NCBI GenBank assembly: GCA_003142535.1
Contig: PLMQ01000039.1
Coordinates: 394-51,966, forward strand
Length of the DNA: 51,573 bases
DNA from: Syntrophaceae bacterium
GTDB taxonomy: Bacteria > Desulfobacterota > Syntrophia > Syntrophales > Smithellaceae
Direction: 5' to 3'
Below are positions 47,065 through 51,573 of this stretch, piece by piece. Within the stretch, counting starts at the first letter, position 1. Each line of letters opens with the position of its first letter. The position numbers and the translations under genes were made by a program. The notes below the pieces were generated by a model. That model was not told where the DNA came from, did no database searches, and was given only the letters and a program-made list of their open reading frames with translations.

Positions 47065-49687
47065 AATCAGGGAAAGTTTTTTAAAATATTTCGAGGGGAA
47101 GGGGCATACCCGCGTTGCCAGCTCATCCCTGATTCCGAAAGATGATCCGACGTTGATGTTTACAAATTCCGGAATGGTGCAATTTAAGAATGCTTTTTTA
47201 GGCCTGGAAAACAGAGGCTATACTAAAGCGGTATCCTGCCAGAAATGTGTGCGTGCCGGCGGCAAGCACAATGACCTGGAGAATGTCGGCGTGACCGCTC
47301 GCCATCACACCTTTTTTGAAATGCTCGGTAATTTTTCCTTCGGCGATTATTTTAAAGAAGAAGCAATCAGGTGGGGTTGGGAATATCTGACGGAAGTGGT
47401 CAATCTGCCCAAAGATAAGCTCTGGGTTACAGTTTTTCAGGAGGATGATGAGGCCTACAATATCTGGCATAAAAAAATGAAAGTTCCCGCCGAACGGATT
47501 GTCCGCATGGGCGAAAAAAGCAATTTTTGGATGATGGGCGAAACCGGCCCCTGCGGGCCGTGTTCCGAAATTATTTACGATCAGGGCGAAGGTATCGGCT
47601 GTGGAAGGCCGGAATGTGACCTCGATTGCGGGTGTGACCGTTATCTCGAAATCTGGAATCTGGTTTTTACTCAGTTTAACCGCGATGAAAAAGGAAAGTT
47701 AACTCCGCTCCCCAAACCGAATATTGATACCGGAATGGGTTTGGAGCGGCTCACGGCGGTTATTCAGGGCGTCAAAAGCAATTATGATACGGATTTTTTC
47801 ACCGGCATTATTCGTCATGTAGAAAAAATCAGCAAGAAGACTTACGGCAAAAACGACGATAACGATACATCAATCAGAGTTATCGCCGATCACAGCCGGG
47901 CGGTTACGTTTTTAATCGGTGATGGCATCATGCCCAGTAATGAAGGCCGCGGTTACGTTCTGCGGCGAATTTTGCGCCGGGCGGCACGTCACGGCAAGCT
48001 CTTGGGAATTAACAAACCGTTCCTGCATGAATGTGCGGAAGTTGTCATCGGTATGATGAAAAATGTCTATCCTGATTTGGAATCAAAGGCTTCCTACATT
48101 ACTAAAGTTATAGTCAATGAAGAGCAGCGGTTCATGGAAACGCTCGATGCCGGTTTGCGCATTTTACAGGAAGAAACGGCCGCGCTGAAAAAAAAAGGAA
48201 TTTATGTTATCCCCGGTTCGTTGGTTTTTGGACTCTACGGTACTTCCGGCTTCCCCACAGATTTAACGGCGGATATTGTCAAGCGGGATGGCTTTACGCT
48301 GGACATGGATGGATTTAATGCCGAGATGGAACAGGAAAGAGTAAGAGCCCGTGGTGCCTGGAAGGGCAGCGGCGAGGAAGCAATCGCGGAATGCTATCTG
48401 AAATTATCGAGCTCAGGAATGGCTACGGACTTTTGCGGCTATGAAGGAATCACCAAAGCGGATTCCAAAATATCAGCAATTATCGTGAACGGGAAAAACG
48501 TTGATACGTTGGCCGAAGGGGATTCAGCGGAGATCGTTGTCGAAAATACGCCATTTTATGGCGAATCCGGCGGACAGGTTGGCGATGCCGGATTTCTGGA
48601 AGGGAAAGGTTTTACCTTTGCCGTGCAGGATACAAAAAAGCCTGTAGGAAAACTTTTTGTACATAAAGGCCTGCTCCAAAAGGGAAAAATAAAAGTCGGC
48701 GATACGGCGCGTATGATCGTTGATGTAGAAAGAAGAAAAGCAATTCAGGCAAACCACTCCGGCACGCATATTTTGCAGGCGGCGCTCAAAGCCGTGCTGG
48801 GCGATCATATCAAACAATCCGGCTCTTTGGTGAATCCTGAGCGTTTGCGTTTTGACTTTACGCATTTTTCCAAAATTACCGATGAAGAGCTGAAACGTAT
48901 TGAAACACTGGCCAACGACATGATCAGGAAAAATGTTCCGGTAGCAACGGAAATATGCGCTCTGGAAGATGCCCTTAAAACTGGCGCAACAGCGGTATTC
49001 GATGAAAAATACGGTGCAACTGTCCGCATTGTGAAGATGGGCGAGATGAGTATGGAACTCTGCGGCGGGACGCATGTGCAGCAGACCGGTGAAATCGGCT
49101 TGCTGAAAGTATTACACGAATCGGCTATTGCCGCGGGTGTGCGCAGAATTGAAGCCGTAACGGGAAAGCAGGCGCTGGCGCATGTTCAACAGTCAGAAGA
49201 AGAATTGAAAAAAGCAGCAGCTCTGTTTAAAGCCAATCCGCTGGAGGTAGCGGAGCGCGCAGAGAAATCGCTGCGGCATATTAAAGAACTGGAAAAGGAA
49301 ATTGAAGCACTAAAGGGAAAGATGGCGTCTAAAGATTCCGGCGATCTGCTCAGTCAAGTCAGGGAAATCAACGGCGTGAAAGTGCTGGCAGTGGAAGTTA
49401 GCATAGCCGATGCCAAAACGCTCCGTGATTTCGGCGACAAGCTGCGCGATAAAATCGGTTCCGGCGTTATTTTACTGGGGGCAAAAGCCGGTGATAAGGC
49501 CATGCTCTTATGTATGGTTACCAAGGATTTGGGATCGCGCTATCATGCCGGAAATATTATCAAGGGACTGGCGCCACTTGTCGGTGGTAGCGGTGGCGGC
49601 AGGCCGGATATGGCGCAGGCCGGCGGTACGCAACCGGAGAATTTAGCCAAGGCGATTTCTGCGCTGGACAAATTGCTGGCGATGTAG
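47045..49687 (+). CDS. alaS: alanine--tRNA ligase
   Basis: FTNSGM.QFK, RHHTFFEMLGNFSFGDYFK, DTGMGLER, HSGTH and ELCGGTH editing site, GGGRPDMAQAGG. Confidence 0.97.
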   Translation: MAKTGSEIRESFLKYFEGKGHTRVASSSLIPKDDPTLMFTNSGMVQFKNAFLGLENRGYTKAVSCQKCVRAGGKHNDLENVGVTARHHTFFEMLGNFSFGDYFKEEAIRWGWEYLTEVVNLPKDKLWVTVFQEDDEAYNIWHKKMKVPAERIVRMGEKSNFWMMGETGPCGPCSEIIYDQGEGIGCGRPECDLDCGCDRYLEIWNLVFTQFNRDEKGKLTPLPKPNIDTGMGLERLTAVIQGVKSNYDTDFFTGIIRHVEKISKKTYGKNDDNDTSIRVIADHSRAVTFLIGDGIMPSNEGRGYVLRRILRRAARHGKLLGINKPFLHECAEVVIGMMKNVYPDLESKASYITKVIVNEEQRFMETLDAGLRILQEETAALKKKGIYVIPGSLVFGLYGTSGFPTDLTADIVKRDGFTLDMDGFNAEMEQERVRARGAWKGSGEEAIAECYLKLSSSGMATDFCGYEGITKADSKISAIIVNGKNVDTLAEGDSAEIVVENTPFYGESGGQVGDAGFLEGKGFTFAVQDTKKPVGKLFVHKGLLQKGKIKVGDTARMIVDVERRKAIQANHSGTHILQAALKAVLGDHIKQSGSLVNPERLRFDFTHFSKITDEELKRIETLANDMIRKNVPVATEICALEDALKTGATAVFDEKYGATVRIVKMGEMSMELCGGTHVQQTGEIGLLKVLHESAIAAGVRRIEAVTGKQALAHVQQSEEELKKAAALFKANPLEVAERAEKSLRHIKELEKEIEALKGKMASKDSGDLLSQVREINGVKVLAVEVSIADAKTLRDFGDKLRDKIGSGVILLGAKAGDKAMLLCMVTKDLGSRYHAGNIIKGLAPLVGGSGGGRPDMAQAGGTQPENLAKAISALDKLLAM

Positions 49688-49729
49688 CGCTGATTTTATC
49701 TTTTTGTCTTAGCCGAAACACGGCAAACT

Positions 49730-49861
49730 GAGAGCTTTGCACAACCCCTCTAATCGTCATACCGGCGAAGGCCGGTATCCAGGAAACACTTGATAATACT
49801 GGATTCCGGTTTTCACCGGAATGACAAAATTCGTGGTTTTATACAGTTGTGCAAAGGTCTC
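49730..49861. mobile_element. 132-bp MITE with 16-bp TIRs, 5-bp flanking direct repeat and internal REP doublet
   Basis: gagagctttgcacaac / gttgtgcaaaggtctc (1 mismatch); AAACT at 49725-29 and 49862-66; REP arms 49756-82 and 49799-825. Confidence 0.85.
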
Positions 49862-49962
49862 AAACTACGATCGGCAAGGTTCAGCGTTCCGTTAATCAGG
49901 CAATTTTTATAGCTTTTGGTGTAATGCCCTGATTAATATGAAAATATTCGGAAAGGATTTAT

Positions 49963-50403
49963 ATGTCTGATAAATCTGCTATCGCCACGGAAATGTTTTT
50001 GAAAGGATTCAGTTGTGCGCAATCCGTATTTTATGCCTTTCGGGAAGTTGGCGGCCTGAATGAAGATACTGCCCTGAAGATTGCAGGTGGTCTGGGTGCC
50101 GGTATGGGGGGCAAAGAGGAAGTCTGTGGCGCTGTCACAGGCGGTATCCTGGTTTTGGGAATGCTGCACGGCAGGGGAATCAAAGATGATTCAAAATCCA
50201 CCGAGTTGACATATCAGAAAACGCGGGAGCTTATGGAGTGCTTTGCCGCCAAGAATGGCAGTTATATCTGCCGGCAGCTTCTTGATGGGTGTGATCTGAC
50301 TACAAAAGAAGGACACAGCAAGTTTAAGGAAAAAGATATGCGCAACACTGTTTGTAAGGGCTGTGTCCAGAGCGTTGTGGCTATTCTCGAAAATATTAAA
50401 TGA
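49963..50403 (+). CDS. C-GCAxxG-C-C family redox protein
   Basis: FSCAQ, CGAVTGG, ICRQL, C..CV. Confidence 0.87.
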   Translation: MSDKSAIATEMFLKGFSCAQSVFYAFREVGGLNEDTALKIAGGLGAGMGGKEEVCGAVTGGILVLGMLHGRGIKDDSKSTELTYQKTRELMECFAAKNGSYICRQLLDGCDLTTKEGHSKFKEKDMRNTVCKGCVQSVVAILENIK

Positions 50404-50501
50404 ATGCCGTACAAAACATTCTATATATGTTCATCACCGTATCGATTATGGGGATGACTGGAAGGGAATAATCAACGCATTATTAAATCCATTTATAAAT
50501 C

Positions 50502-50535
50502 CTGTTTGACAAACAGCTCCACTTTCCCATATATT
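50502..50535 (+). promoter_or_regulatory. promoter with palindrome over the -35 box
   Basis: CTGTTTG-A-CAAACAG (50502-16) contains TTGACA; TATATT 18 bp downstream. Confidence 0.45.
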
Positions 50536-50576
50536 CTAATTAATTTCCGCTAGGCCAAGGTAAAAGGTAATTCCCC

Positions 50577-51551
50577 ATGCAGATTCAAGATGTTTTTGCC
50601 GCATATAAAGACGACCTGAAAAAAGTTGATGCAACTCTGGATAAAGAAATTTTTTCGGATGTCCGGCTGATTCCTGAAGTCGCCCATCATTTGATTGACA
50701 GCGGCGGGAAAAGATTCCGACCGCTGCTTTTGTTAATTTGTGCCGGGCTCTGCGGCTATCGCGGCGATCATCGTTTTCCTATGGCCGCGGTTATGGAATT
50801 CATCCATACCGCTACGCTGCTGCATGATGATGTTATTGATCAGGCGACCATCCGCCGCGGCAAAACTTCCGCCAACAACATCTGGGGCAATGCCGCAAGT
50901 GTCCTGGTAGGCGATTTTCTCTATTCCAAATCTTTCACACTGATGACAGAAGTCGGCAATATCGCTATTCTAAAATTAATGTCCGAAATAACCAACATCA
51001 TGTCCGAGGGTGAAGTCTTTCAACTCATGAAATGCGGCGATGTGAATCTGACCGAGGGTGAATATTTCACCATTATTGAAAAGAAGACCGCTGTGCTGAT
51101 ATCCGCCGCCTGTGCCTGCGGAGCAATTTTGGGCAACGCATCAGTAGAGAAGATCGATGCACTGAAAAAATTCGGTTACAAAATCGGCATGGCTTTCCAA
51201 ATTACCGACGACACTCTCGATTATATGGCCAGGGAACAGGAATTCGGCAAGTCCATCGGCAAGGATCTGGAAGAAGGCAAGATGACCCTGCCGCTTATTT
51301 TCGCGCTGAAACAATGCTCAGGGGAAGAACGCGAAAAAGCCGGGCTTTTGTTAGCAGACAAAGAGAACAATACAAATACAACTGAGTTTATTTTCAGCTT
51401 AATTCAAAAATATAAAGGTGTTGATTATTCTCTGCAAATTGCAGCCAGATACATTAGCGAAGCTCGATCACAATTAAGTATTTTCAGCGATTGTCCGGAA
51501 AAAGATCAATTAAATGCCGTGGCGGAGTATATCCTTTCCCGAAATATGTAA
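50577..51551 (+). CDS. ispB: polyprenyl diphosphate synthase (octaprenyl/heptaprenyl type)
   Basis: SGGKRFRP, LLHDDVID (FARM), RRG, KKTA, FQITDDTLD (SARM), GKDLEEGK.TLP. Confidence 0.88.
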   Translation: MQIQDVFAAYKDDLKKVDATLDKEIFSDVRLIPEVAHHLIDSGGKRFRPLLLLICAGLCGYRGDHRFPMAAVMEFIHTATLLHDDVIDQATIRRGKTSANNIWGNAASVLVGDFLYSKSFTLMTEVGNIAILKLMSEITNIMSEGEVFQLMKCGDVNLTEGEYFTIIEKKTAVLISAACACGAILGNASVEKIDALKKFGYKIGMAFQITDDTLDYMAREQEFGKSIGKDLEEGKMTLPLIFALKQCSGEEREKAGLLLADKENNTNTTEFIFSLIQKYKGVDYSLQIAARYISEARSQLSIFSDCPEKDQLNAVAEYILSRNM

Positions 51552-51573
51552 TACCAATTTGCTTTCTTTGGCT

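Noticed and set aside
48227-48256. DGR-type mutagenesis of alaS
   Set aside because: No reverse transcriptase or template-repeat copy in the window
49963-50403. Selenoprotein form of the C-GCAxxG-C-C protein
   Set aside because: All motif positions are Cys codons; no in-frame TGA

Overview
Bacterial chromosomal segment. Gene content (beta-oxidation cluster, system II cytochrome c maturation, DUF362/4Fe-4S pair, pgpA-cinA-thpR-recA-recX-alaS operon) suggests a syntrophic Desulfobacterota member such as Smithella/Syntrophaceae; this assignment is inference. It holds about 45 CDS: housekeeping genes (fabI, mdh, glmM, recQ, ettA, recA, alaS, a polyprenyl synthase), a fatty-acid beta-oxidation cluster (6273-14187), an accessory block (about 14.2-24.4 kb) and a LexA/UmuD-like + DinB cassette. 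The accessory block carries an AbiE-like type IV toxin-antitoxin pair, a frameshifted lipoprotein, an HNH nuclease, a radical SAM protein and a nitroreductase. No rRNA, tRNA, CRISPR array or transposase was seen. Intergenic DNA is rich in non-autonomous palindromic repeats (MITE/REP-like), one of which lies in frame inside recX. The most striking observation is an 18-nt hairpin+YAAR micro-element. It inserts precisely into other repeats and, at 20753-20806, is nested three times inside itself.
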